Assembly: GCA_963782055.1 (NCBI GenBank)
Contig: CAWAIF010000003.1
Span: 384,001-448,000, forward strand
From: an uncultured delta proteobacterium
GTDB taxonomy: Bacteria > Myxococcota_A > Polyangia > Polyangiales > Polyangiaceae
Reading direction: 5' to 3'
DNA length: 64,000 nucleotides
Shown here piece after piece: positions 42,749 to 52,858 of the stretch. A model generated the notes under the pieces. The model was not told where the DNA came from. It did no database searches and was given only the letters and a program-made list of their open reading frames with translations. Numbering within the stretch: position 1 is the stretch's first letter; every line of letters starts with the position of its first letter. The translations under genes and the position numbers were made by a program.

Positions 42749-43939
42749 GTGAGGTGTCTCGCCGGTCTGGTGGTCTTCGGGCTCGCCGTGTCGGCGCGCG
42801 GAGACGCGCCGGCGCGTCCGGCCCGGGCGCCGGTGGAGCCGGCGTGGACCTGGGCGTCGGCCAGCGCGTCGCCGGTGCCGGTCGCGGGATCGGCGCTCAC
42901 CGATCAGGAGAACGACCTGCAGGCCCGCTGCGGCGTCTCGGAGGAGGGACTGCATCGGGTGGCGCAGCGCCTGGTGCAGCGCAAGATCCTCGGCCTGCCG
43001 TACCTCGATCTGGACGGGCTCAGCTTCGCGCAGCGCGCGAGCGGCGAGCCGCACGTCTGGCCACGCGCGTGGATCGTCTCCGGCCGAGCGATGGACCACG
43101 AGGAGACGCTGAAGAAGCTGGAGGCGTGGCGCGCGAGCTTCCACGACATGGGGCAGCGCCGGTGTGGTGTGGCGAGCGGCTACGCACCCGATGGCACGCA
43201 CGTGGTGGCGGCCATCGCCCTCGACGCGCTCGCCGACCTCACCGCGCCCATCCCGACGCGCTCGCACGCCGGCTCGTGGCTCACCGTCGACGCGCGCATG
43301 CTGGTGCCGGCGACGGCCGCGCACGTGGTGATCGTGGGGCCCGGCGGCGAGCCGCACACGGTGCCCACCTCCCTGGACGCGGGGCACGTGCGCGCGCGCT
43401 TCGCGCCCAGCCGGCCTGGCGCCTTCACGGTGCAGGTGGTGGCCGACGTCGCCACCGGCCCGCGCCCGGTGCTCGAGGCGCAGGTCTACGCCGACGCCCA
43501 GCCCCCCGCCGCGATGCCCAGCCTCGCCGCGCCCGGCGAGGCCGCCGCCGCAGGCGCTCCGAGTGAACCGGACGGTCTGCTGCGCATGGTCCAGGCGCTG
43601 CGCGCCGAGGAGCAGCTCCCCCCGCTGCGTCACGACCCGCGCCTCGACGCGGTGGCGTTGGCGCACGCGCGCCGCATGCTCGCCGCGCACACCATCGGCC
43701 ACGACGTCGGCGACGGCGACCCGGCCGAGCGCCTGCAGAACGCCGGGCTCCCGTCGCGCGAGGCGGGCGAGAACGTGGCGCACGCGCAGTCCGTCGTGCT
43801 GGCGCACCGCGCGCTGTGGCAGAGCCCGTCGCACCGGCAGAACCTGGAGCGCGCCCGGTTCGACACCGTGGGCGTGGCGGTGCTCGACGACACCGACGGC
43901 AGCGTGTGGGTGGCCGAGGTGTTCGCCCGCGAGAGGTGA
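42749..43939 (+). CDS. CAP (SCP) domain-containing secreted protein
   Basis: LDAVALAHARRM, GHD, GENVA, LWQSPSHRQNL, VGVAV. Confidence 0.85.
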   Translation: MRCLAGLVVFGLAVSARGDAPARPARAPVEPAWTWASASASPVPVAGSALTDQENDLQARCGVSEEGLHRVAQRLVQRKILGLPYLDLDGLSFAQRASGEPHVWPRAWIVSGRAMDHEETLKKLEAWRASFHDMGQRRCGVASGYAPDGTHVVAAIALDALADLTAPIPTRSHAGSWLTVDARMLVPATAAHVVIVGPGGEPHTVPTSLDAGHVRARFAPSRPGAFTVQVVADVATGPRPVLEAQVYADAQPPAAMPSLAAPGEAAAAGAPSEPDGLLRMVQALRAEEQLPPLRHDPRLDAVALAHARRMLAAHTIGHDVGDGDPAERLQNAGLPSREAGENVAHAQSVVLAHRALWQSPSHRQNLERARFDTVGVAVLDDTDGSVWVAEVFARER

Positions 43940-43940
43940 G

Positions 43941-45752
43941 CTAGTTCTTCTGGACCTGGTTGGTGTCGGTCTGCTTGAGGATCTTGAACTCGACGCGGCG
44001 GTTCGCCTGGCGTCCGGCGGCCGTCGAGTTGGTGGCGATGGGCCGGTCGGGCCCGTAGCCATGCGCCTCCAGCCTGCCGGCGGCGATGCCGTGCTGCGCC
44101 AGCCACCGCACCACCGACTCGGCGCGCGCCTGCGAGAGGCGCCGGTTCATCGCGGCGGCGCCGCGGTTGTCGGTGTGACCCTCCACCGCCATGCGCTGGA
44201 TGTTGGTGTTGACCTTCAGCACGTTGGCGATCTCCTGCAGCATCGGGAAGCTGTCGGGGAGGATCTTGGAGGAGCCGGTCGCGAAGTGGACCTGCTGGGT
44301 GATCTTGATCACCCCGCCCTCCATCGAGATGAACTGCGGGCAGCCGTTCTTCTTCGGGTCGGCGGAGCGCTGACCTGGCTGCTTCGGGCAGGCGTCCTGG
44401 GTGTCGGGGATGCCGTCGTTGTCGGCGTCCACCTCCGGGCAGCCGTCGCCGTCGTCGACGCCGTCCTTGTCCTCCGGCTGGTCGGGGCACTTGTCGTACT
44501 GGTCGGGCACGCCGTCGTTGTCGCGATCCGGCGGCGCGGGGCAGCCGTCGTCCGGCTCGCTGCCCTTGTGGTCCTCGGCCTCCGTCGGGCAGCCGTCGAT
44601 GTCGTCGGGGATGCCGTCGCCGTCGGTGTCCTTACCCTCTTCGTCGCGCCAGCGCTCGCGCAGCGCCATGCGCTTGTCGACCTCGGGGGACCGGGCGCTC
44701 GAGCCCGGGAGGATCACGTAGGTGCCGATGCTCGCCACCGCGCGGAAGTCCGGCGCGCCGTAGCCGGGGACGATCAGCGTGCCGGCCGACACGCCCGTCC
44801 ACCAGTGCTCGCTCGGGCCGAACTTCATGCGGCCCTCCGCGCTCCACTCGAGGGGGGTGTTGCCGAGCCGGAAGAAGGTGTCGCCCACGATCTGGTCGCT
44901 GCGGATGCCCGTCTGCCCCCAGATGTTGAGGCCGATGCGGTACTTGCCGTTCTTGAGCGGCACGAAGGCGCCGACCGCCCAGCGCCACTCGTCGGAGACG
45001 CCGATGCCGTCGTTGATCGCGGCGTCGTTGAGCGAGTTCTCCGGCCGGAGCTGGATGCCCATCTGGCCGGCGATCACCAGCCACTTGAGGTCGTACTCCG
45101 CCGAGGCCTGAAAGAGCGCGGAGAGGCTGCCGTCGCCGCCGAACCTGTCTGTGCTGCCCGTCGGCACGAAGAGGGAGATTTGCCCGCCGACGGAGAAGCG
45201 CCGGTTGGGCGTGCGGTAGGCGACGGCGCGCGCGTCGAAGCGCATGTCGTTGGCGACGGGGCCGGCCGGGTGGATGAAGGACTGCGACACGCCCGACTGC
45301 AGGAGGGAGCCCTGGTAGTTGGGGTTCTGGCCTTGCTGCCAGGGGGAGAAGGGGAGCCCCAGCGAGAGAGTGAAGCGGTTGAGGAACTGCACGCCGACGA
45401 CCGGATAGAGCGTGAGCTGGTCCTCGATCACGCTGTGCGCCGAAGCCTTGAGCGTGGGCGTCTCGTTGACCAGCGTGCTCATTCGCAGCGGGTCGTACGA
45501 GTAGCCCATCGCGAGCTGGCCGAAGAAGATGGCCTGCGGCTGGGTGACCGGACGGAACAGGACCATCCCGTCATCGGGCGCGCCGGGGATCTGCAGGCGG
45601 TCGAGGTAGAACGTCCGCGCCTGGGCGTGGGCCAGGGCGGGGGCTGCGAGGAGCGCACCGCCGCTGAGCGCGGCCATGAGCCAGCGGCCGATGCGACGGC
45701 CGAGGTGCTGTGCAGCCCGGCCCTTCGGGGGCCTCATGTCTTCTTGTGCCAT
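43941..45752 (-). CDS. OmpA family protein with beta-barrel and TSP3 repeats
   Basis: DTDGDGIPDDIDGCP-type repeats; HFATGSSKI, EGHTDNRG, LSQARA, NRRVEF. Confidence 0.92.
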   Translation of the reverse strand: MAQEDMRPPKGRAAQHLGRRIGRWLMAALSGGALLAAPALAHAQARTFYLDRLQIPGAPDDGMVLFRPVTQPQAIFFGQLAMGYSYDPLRMSTLVNETPTLKASAHSVIEDQLTLYPVVGVQFLNRFTLSLGLPFSPWQQGQNPNYQGSLLQSGVSQSFIHPAGPVANDMRFDARAVAYRTPNRRFSVGGQISLFVPTGSTDRFGGDGSLSALFQASAEYDLKWLVIAGQMGIQLRPENSLNDAAINDGIGVSDEWRWAVGAFVPLKNGKYRIGLNIWGQTGIRSDQIVGDTFFRLGNTPLEWSAEGRMKFGPSEHWWTGVSAGTLIVPGYGAPDFRAVASIGTYVILPGSSARSPEVDKRMALRERWRDEEGKDTDGDGIPDDIDGCPTEAEDHKGSEPDDGCPAPPDRDNDGVPDQYDKCPDQPEDKDGVDDGDGCPEVDADNDGIPDTQDACPKQPGQRSADPKKNGCPQFISMEGGVIKITQQVHFATGSSKILPDSFPMLQEIANVLKVNTNIQRMAVEGHTDNRGAAAMNRRLSQARAESVVRWLAQHGIAAGRLEAHGYGPDRPIATNSTAAGRQANRRVEFKILKQTDTNQVQKN

Positions 45753-45995
45753 GCGATTATCCCGTCGCGGCTAGAAGGTACACTGACCAGCTGCTGTCGA
45801 TCCGAAAATTCGCCCCGAGAGATCGGGCACCTACAGCCCCGCCGACCGCCGCCGCGCCTGCCCTCCTGCCCCATTGATCCGGCCGCCAGCACCCTTCCGA
45901 TCGGTCCGGCTCGCGCCGCTGCTTGACGGTCACGCCGTTCGGTGCTTTTGTTCGCGCCCCTCGCGGGCCAGAAGTCCGCGTCAGCCGAGACTGCC

Positions 45996-46145
45996 ATGAA
46001 ACGCACCTACCAGCCGCACAACCTCCGCCGCCTGCGTACGCACGGCTTCCGCGCCCGCATGGCCACCGCAGGGGGCCGCAAGGTGCTCTCCAACCGCCGC
46101 CGCAAGGGCCGCCACCGGCTGACGGTCGGCATCTACAAGAAGTAG
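45996..46145 (+). CDS. rpmH: 50S ribosomal protein L34
   Basis: MKRTYQP...[25 protein letters not shown]. Confidence 0.98.
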   Translation: MKRTYQPHNLRRLRTHGFRARMATAGGRKVLSNRRRKGRHRLTVGIYKK

Positions 46146-46171
46146 CGCCCCGGCTGGCGCCGAGCCGCGCC

Positions 46172-46609
46172 ATGACCGCGCGTGTCTTCTCCTTCGGTGC
46201 CGATCGGCGCATCCGCAAGCGCCGCGAGTTCCTGCGCGTGCAGCGCACGGGCCGTCCTGTGCGCACCGCGCACTTCGTTCTGCTCGTGGCCCCGCGCGAG
46301 CAGGACGGGCCCTCGCGCCTCGGCGTGGTCACCACACGCAAACTCGGCGGCGCCGTGGTGCGAAACCGCATCAAGCGCCTGTGCCGGGAGAGCTTCCGTC
46401 TCCAGCCGGCGCTGGTGCCCGCGGGCGTCGATCTGGTCGTCATCGCCCGCTCCGGGGCGGAGAAGCTCGGCCTCGAGCAGGTGCAGCGCGAGTGGGCGGG
46501 TGTTCAGGGCCCCCTTCGCAAGAGGTGCGAAGAAGCGCTGCGAGACGCAAAGAATCGGCCTCCGCCCGTTGTCAGCCCGGCCTCGAAGGGCCATCTTTCG
46601 AGCCGCTGA
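46172..46609 (+). CDS. rnpA: ribonuclease P protein component
   Basis: RIRKRREF, RLGVVTTRKLGGAVVRNRIKR; follows rpmH. Confidence 0.96.
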   Translation: MTARVFSFGADRRIRKRREFLRVQRTGRPVRTAHFVLLVAPREQDGPSRLGVVTTRKLGGAVVRNRIKRLCRESFRLQPALVPAGVDLVVIARSGAEKLGLEQVQREWAGVQGPLRKRCEEALRDAKNRPPPVVSPASKGHLSSR

Positions 46610-46869
46610 TGCTCGCGAAGCTGCTCATTTCGTTGATCCGCGTCTACCAGATGACGCTCTCGCGCCTGCTCGGCAACGTCTGCCGTTTCGAGCCGTCCTG
46701 CTCTCGTTACGCGGTGGGCTGCCTCGAGGCGCACGGCGCGTGGCGTGGCAGCTTGCTTTCGGTGGTGCGGCTGTGTAAGTGCCATCCGTTTCACCCGGGC
46801 GGCGTGGACCTGCCCCCGCCGAAGGGCACCCCCCTCAAAGAGGCCCTGTTGTCGCGCAAGAGCACCTGA
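46609..46869 (+). CDS. yidD: membrane protein insertion efficiency factor
   Basis: CRFEPSCSRYA, RLCKCHPFHPGG. Confidence 0.95.
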   Translation: MLAKLLISLIRVYQMTLSRLLGNVCRFEPSCSRYAVGCLEAHGAWRGSLLSVVRLCKCHPFHPGGVDLPPPKGTPLKEALLSRKST

Positions 46870-48702
46870 TGGATCGCAACTCGATAATTCGCACGGTGCT
46901 CATCTTCGGCGTGATCCTCGTCCTGTGGAAGGTCGTGTGGCCGAAGATCCACGGCGAGGAGTCGGAGAAGCCGCAGAGCGATTACCTCTCGGCGGAGACG
47001 TACGTCGACGCCCCCGACTTCCCGCCCGATCCGGTCGTGCAGAAGCCCGCGCCGCCGAACGCGCCCCCGCCTGCGCCGGTGGAGACGTGCCACATCAAGG
47101 GCAAGCGCTTCGACGCCGAGATGTCGACGCGCGGCGCGGCGCTCACCCACTTCTGGCTCCTGGACAAGCAGTACGCCAGCGACCCCTCGTCCCGCTTCGA
47201 CATGGTGACGAGCAACTGGGACTCGGCCAAGTGGAAGGGGCTGGAGCGGTGGCGTCCCCTGCGCACGGTGTTCCGCGCGAAGGGCGCGGACGATCAGGTC
47301 AAGTACGACCGCTTCAACTGGAAGCTCCAGCAGCAGGGCGACACCGGCTGCGTCTTCACCTACACCGACGCGGACGTCTCCATCACCAAGACGGTCACCG
47401 CCGGCGATCGCCCCTTCGAGCTGAAGGTGGACACCAAGGTGAAGAACCTGGCGGACACCCCACGCAAGCACCAGCTCGCCGTGCAGATGTACGCCTTCCA
47501 TCTCAACGAGGAGATGAAGAGCCACCTCGGGCGCGTCTCGCCCTTCGTGACCGACCTGGACTGCGGCGTGGGCCACAAGGTCACGCGCAAGACCACCAAC
47601 GACTTCAAGAAGGGGTGGTTCGACCAGGACGGTGCCGACCGCTTCGCCGCCATCTCCAACTATTACTTCGCGCAGGCGATCATCCCGGAGAACGGCGCGG
47701 GCCAGTGCCGCCTCCTCGCGGAGGAGTGGTACACCGCGGGCCAGAAGCCCGACGCCGACGACGCGGGCATCGTCTTCCACGCCGATTCTCGTCTACCCCC
47801 AGCGCACGCTCCAGAAAGGCCAGGAGGCGGACTACCAGGACACCGCCTTCCTCGGGCCGAAGGAGCGCGACATCCTCAAGACCGCCGGCGGTCCGGGCAA
47901 GGACCTGGGGGACCTCATCAACCTCGGCTTCTTCTCGCCCGTCGCCAAGGTGCTCGTCGGCGCGCTGGTGTGGCTCAAGACCAAGATCACCGGGAACTGG
48001 GGCCTCTCCATCGTGCTGCTCACGGTGGTGCTTCGGCTGATCCTCTTCCCGCTGACGTGGAAGTCCATCAAGACCACCGTCAACATGCGCCGGCTCAAGC
48101 CGGAGCTCGACGCCCTCAACAAGAAGTTCGCGGGCGACGCCCAGGCCAAGAACCTGGCGATGATGGAGCTGTACAAGAAACGGGGCGTGAACCCGCTGGG
48201 CGGCTGCCTCCCGCAGCTCATCCAGATGCCCGTCTGGTTCGCGATGTACACGACCCTCCAGACGGCCGTGGAGATGTACCACACGCGCTTCTTGTGGTTC
48301 CACGACCTGTCCGCCCCCGATCAGCTCTTCGGGGCGCTCCACCTTCCCTTCATCGGCCACCTGCCGGCGTTCGGCCCGCTGCCCTTCGTGCTCGGCGCGC
48401 TGATGGTCCTGCAGCAGAAGATCGTGCCCACGCAGATCGCCGACCCGATGCAGCAGAAGCTCATGATGTACGTCATGCCCGGCGTCTTCATGGTGATGAT
48501 GCTCTTCTTGCCCGCCGCGCTCGGCGTCTACATGCTGACCAACAGCGTGCTGGGCATCAGCCAGCAGCTTCTGGTGGAGAAGTTCGCGCCGCACGACGGC
48601 GGGACTGGCGGCGGCAAGGACACCTCGTCGAAGGGGACGAAGGGCAAGGACGACGGGTCGCTCAAGGCGGCCGTGCTCGGAAAGGGTAAGGCTCGTGTCT
48701 GA
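46869..48702 (+). CDS. yidC: membrane protein insertase YidC, with an apparent one-base frameshift at about 47786
   Basis: N-terminal TM and periplasmic domain in one frame (AISNYYFA); GPKE, GNWGLSIV, NPLGGCLP, WFHDLSAPD in the next frame; operon position. Confidence 0.92.
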
Positions 48703-49264
48703 CAACAACGTGACGGGGGAAGCGCAGTCGGAAACTTCATCACTCTCGGGGCCCGCCGTGGACGAGGCGTCGCTCGACGGGCAGACGCAGCGTGCGCTCG
48801 GCTTCGTGCGCAAGCTGCTCGTGCAGATGGGCATGAACGCCGAGGTGACCGTGGCTCCGGACGACGGCGAGAGCGAGAACGCCGACGAGATCCGGCTGGA
48901 GATCGAGGGGCCCGACGCCGGGCGCGTCATCGGCAAGCGCGGCAGCGTGCTGGAGGCCATCCAGTACCTGACGACGCGCATCGTGCACAAGAAGCAGGGC
49001 GATGCCCGGCGCCACGTCGGCGTCGACGCCGAGGGCTACCGCGCCCGCCACGAGGACCAGCTCGCCGACATGGCGCGTCGCCTGGGCGAGCGCGTCGCCA
49101 AGGAGGGCAAGATCATCACCTTCGACCCGATGAGCGCGCGCGACCGCCGCGTGGTGCACCGCGCCCTGCAGGACTTCGGCGGCGTGAGGACGGAGTCGAG
49201 CGGCGAGGGCCCCGACCGTCGTGTGCAGATCATCCCGGTCAAGCAGCCCCCGCCGGAGGGGTGA
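48695..49264 (+). CDS. jag: Jag/KhpB RNA-binding protein (KH plus R3H)
   Basis: IGKRGSVLEAIQYL, DAEGYR, MSARDRRVVH, SSGEGPDR. Confidence 0.92.
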   Translation: MSDNNVTGEAQSETSSLSGPAVDEASLDGQTQRALGFVRKLLVQMGMNAEVTVAPDDGESENADEIRLEIEGPDAGRVIGKRGSVLEAIQYLTTRIVHKKQGDARRHVGVDAEGYRARHEDQLADMARRLGERVAKEGKIITFDPMSARDRRVVHRALQDFGGVRTESSGEGPDRRVQIIPVKQPPPEG

Positions 49265-49276
49265 GGCTCGCGGTGG

Positions 49277-50206
<930 letters not shown>

Positions 50207-50238
50207 CGAGAGCGCGCCAGACGCGCTAAGCTCCGCCC

Positions 50239-50607
50239 GTGCGCCTCGCTACCCCGCTCGTCCTTGCCGCCGCCGCGAGCCTCGCGCTCGCCGCCTTCGC
50301 CGCGTGCTCGTCCAACACCCCGTCGGACACCTCCGACGCCGGAGAGGACGCCGCGTCCGACGCGCCCGACTTCTGCGGCCAGTTCACCAAGGTGGGCGAC
50401 CCGTGCCCGCAGGCGTCACCCGTCGTCTGCTTCGCCGACTGCGATGGCGGGTGCAGGTGCGTGCCCGGTGCGGGCGGGCCGACGTGGACCTGCACCACCG
50501 ACACCTCGTGCCATCCGGACGCGGCGCCGGTGGACCTGGACGCAGCCGACTTCCCCGACACGTCGGGCGATTCCGACGCCGGCGCCTCCGACGCCGCATC
50601 GGAGTGA
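50239..50607 (+). CDS. small cysteine-rich lipoprotein
   Basis: Lipobox FAAC; eight further Cys in about 46 aa; acidic DAG-rich flanks. Confidence 0.7.
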   Translation: MRLATPLVLAAAASLALAAFAACSSNTPSDTSDAGEDAASDAPDFCGQFTKVGDPCPQASPVVCFADCDGGCRCVPGAGGPTWTCTTDTSCHPDAAPVDLDAADFPDTSGDSDAGASDAASE

Positions 50608-50654
50608 TCGCGCGGGCGTGGTGATCCCGTCCGCGCGGTGATCGCGTGGCCTGA

Positions 50655-51677
50655 TCAGCCGTGGCGCAGGTCGACCGGGCCGTCCAGCGGTGGGCGCTGC
50701 ATCGCGCCCAGGGCGGAGAGGCGCGCGCCGGCGGGGACGAGAGCGCGCGTGCGCTCCGGGTCGGTCGCCCCCGCGGCGGCGATGAAATGTGCAAACTGCA
50801 CCCATCTCGCGGGCGCGTCCTCCAGGCGTCGCACCGGGACGACCACCACGTGGCGGCCGGGCGGCGGGAGGTGCACCTCGGCCGCGACACCGACGGCGTG
50901 CGCCTCGCCGGCGAGCAGGCGGCCGGCGAACGCCATGGTGTCCAGCCAGCGGCGGGCCCCGGCGCGCTCGTCGGGGGCGAGCTCCCCGCGCGGCACGCGA
51001 CGCCCGGCCGCGCCCAGCGCCGCGTCGAGCGCGGCCGCGAAGGCGTCGGCGTCGCCCTCCACGAAGGCCACGCGCGGGCTGAGGCACCCGCGCTGGTCGA
51101 AGGGGACGACGTCCTCGGCGAGCAACGTGGCAGCGCGCTCCGGCGGCATGGACGCCTCGACGAGGGCGACGCCCAGCCCCGCGCCGTGGCCGCGCACGGT
51201 GACGCGGCGGCGCGCCCGCGCGCGAACGTCGGCGACGGTCGCGTCGCGGCCGTAGACGTGGATCTCGCCTGCGGTCACGTCCTCCACCACGCGCTCCGGC
51301 GCGAGGCGCACCCTGGGATCGGCGAGCGCCGCCACGAGCGCAGCCGTGAAGGCGGGCTCGCGGCGGGAAGGGCGGACGGTGACGTCCTCGCTGGCGGCGA
51401 GGGCGAGCGCGACGGCGCGCAGGGCGCCGACGAAGACGTTGGCGGAGAGAACCACGTGGACCGACGATGCCTCCGCGGTCCTCGCGACCAGGCGCGCCAG
51501 CTCCTCGGGGGAGGGGTCGGTCTCCAGGTGGTGCTCCAGCGCCAGGTGCACCCCCTCCGGCGAGAGGCCCGTGGCCGCCTGGAGGTCTCGCGCGAGCACG
51601 GCGTCACCCACGAGGGCGCGCGCGGCGTCCGCGACGCGCTTGGCGTCCAGCGCCCGGCTGGCGGGGTCGCGCCTCAT
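50655..51677 (-). CDS. LuxC-like acyl-CoA/acyl-protein reductase
   Basis: HVVLSANVF, RPSRRE, VYGRDATV, GHGAG, FDQRGCLSP (putative catalytic Cys). Confidence 0.82.
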   Translation of the reverse strand: MRRDPASRALDAKRVADAARALVGDAVLARDLQAATGLSPEGVHLALEHHLETDPSPEELARLVARTAEASSVHVVLSANVFVGALRAVALALAASEDVTVRPSRREPAFTAALVAALADPRVRLAPERVVEDVTAGEIHVYGRDATVADVRARARRRVTVRGHGAGLGVALVEASMPPERAATLLAEDVVPFDQRGCLSPRVAFVEGDADAFAAALDAALGAAGRRVPRGELAPDERAGARRWLDTMAFAGRLLAGEAHAVGVAAEVHLPPPGRHVVVVPVRRLEDAPARWVQFAHFIAAAGATDPERTRALVPAGARLSALGAMQRPPLDGPVDLRHG

Positions 51678-52831
51678 CCGGACGGCCGACCGTCCGCATG
51701 CTCGCGATCGGCGCCGGAGAGCAGCTCCTCGGTGGCGAGGGAGCAGCCACGCGGTGGCGACCCCTCCACGCGGCCCAGCAGCTCGAACCCCTCGTCGGCG
51801 CGCCGCACGCGGTCGGCGGTCACGACCGCGAAGGCGCTGTCCACGTTGCAGAGGTCCTCGATGCGCGCGATGCCCGCCTCGCCCAGGGGGACGGGCGCGA
51901 GGGTCTCCGGATCCACCGCCACGACGCGCATCCACGGCGGCTCGACGTACAGGCCGGGCGCGCCGCCGAGGAGGGTGCCCTCGTACGCCTGGCTGGAGAG
52001 CTCGGTCATTCCGTACTCGCTCACCACCGCGCGCTCGTCGATGCAGAAGGCCTGGGCCAGCCGGCGTCGCAGCTCGGGCGCGTCCACCTCGACGCTCTTG
52101 CCCTTGAACCCGCCGGTCTGCATGACACGCGTGGCCGGCGGCATGCGGAAGCGCTCCTCGCCGAGCCCCTCGACGAGGTGTGCGAAGGCGAGGGACGTGC
52201 CGAGCACCAGCGTGCCCATCGCGCCCTCGTAGAGGAGGCGCGCGACGCGCTCGTCGAGTGCGGCGAGATCCAGGATGCCGTCGCGGAGGAAGTACGTCTC
52301 CTCGCTCGTCGCGGGCGTGCCCCAGCTCCTCGCGAAGAAATCCATCATGTGCACCAGCGAGGAGTCGGGCATCTCGGCGGGCGGGGGACCGAGCACCAGC
52401 ACGGGCACCGGGGAGCCACCGAGGTCAAGACCTGCCCGCAGCGCGTGGCGGCCGAAGGCGAGGGCCGCCATGTCGTAGGTGGTGGTGGTGCGGAAGGGGT
52501 GCTCGCCGCGCTGGCCGACGGTGGTGCCGCTGGTGCGGAAGACGACGGGGGTCTGCGTCTGGGGGAAGGCCGAGACGCGGGCGAGCTTGAAGGCCTCGGC
52601 GGGGACCGCCGGGGCGTCAGCGGCGCGACGGATCCCGGCGGGCTCCACGCCCCGCGCGGCGCAGAGGCGCGCGTAGCCGGGGACGTGCCGCGCCTGGTAG
52701 CGAGCGAGGTCCGCCGCCAGCGCGTCGAACGTCTCCGGCATGGGCGCGTGGGCCTCGAAGGCGCGGACGAAGGCGCGAGCACGCGCGTGCAGGGCGTCGC
52801 TCTCCCCCACGTGGATGCAGGCCGCGGCCAT
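51674..52831 (-). CDS. LuxE-like acyl-protein synthetase
   Basis: FRTSGTT, SSL, TGGFKG, EYGMTELSSQ, DLCN, LLGR and C-terminal RGCS. Confidence 0.87.
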   Translation of the reverse strand: MAAACIHVGESDALHARARAFVRAFEAHAPMPETFDALAADLARYQARHVPGYARLCAARGVEPAGIRRAADAPAVPAEAFKLARVSAFPQTQTPVVFRTSGTTVGQRGEHPFRTTTTYDMAALAFGRHALRAGLDLGGSPVPVLVLGPPPAEMPDSSLVHMMDFFARSWGTPATSEETYFLRDGILDLAALDERVARLLYEGAMGTLVLGTSLAFAHLVEGLGEERFRMPPATRVMQTGGFKGKSVEVDAPELRRRLAQAFCIDERAVVSEYGMTELSSQAYEGTLLGGAPGLYVEPPWMRVVAVDPETLAPVPLGEAGIARIEDLCNVDSAFAVVTADRVRRADEGFELLGRVEGSPPRGCSLATEELLSGADREHADGRPSG

Positions 52832-52858
52832 GGGAGTGGTGGTAGCACGCGTCCGCGG

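Noticed and set aside
45753..45995. Replication origin next to rpmH
   Set aside because: No DnaA boxes, AT-rich unwinding element or dnaA gene.
47775..47800. Programmed ribosomal frameshift in yidC
   Set aside because: No slippery sequence or evident stimulatory structure; an indel error is more parsimonious.
50655..52831. Bioluminescence (lux) operon
   Set aside because: No luxA/luxB luciferase or luxD in the window; only the reductase and synthetase homologues.
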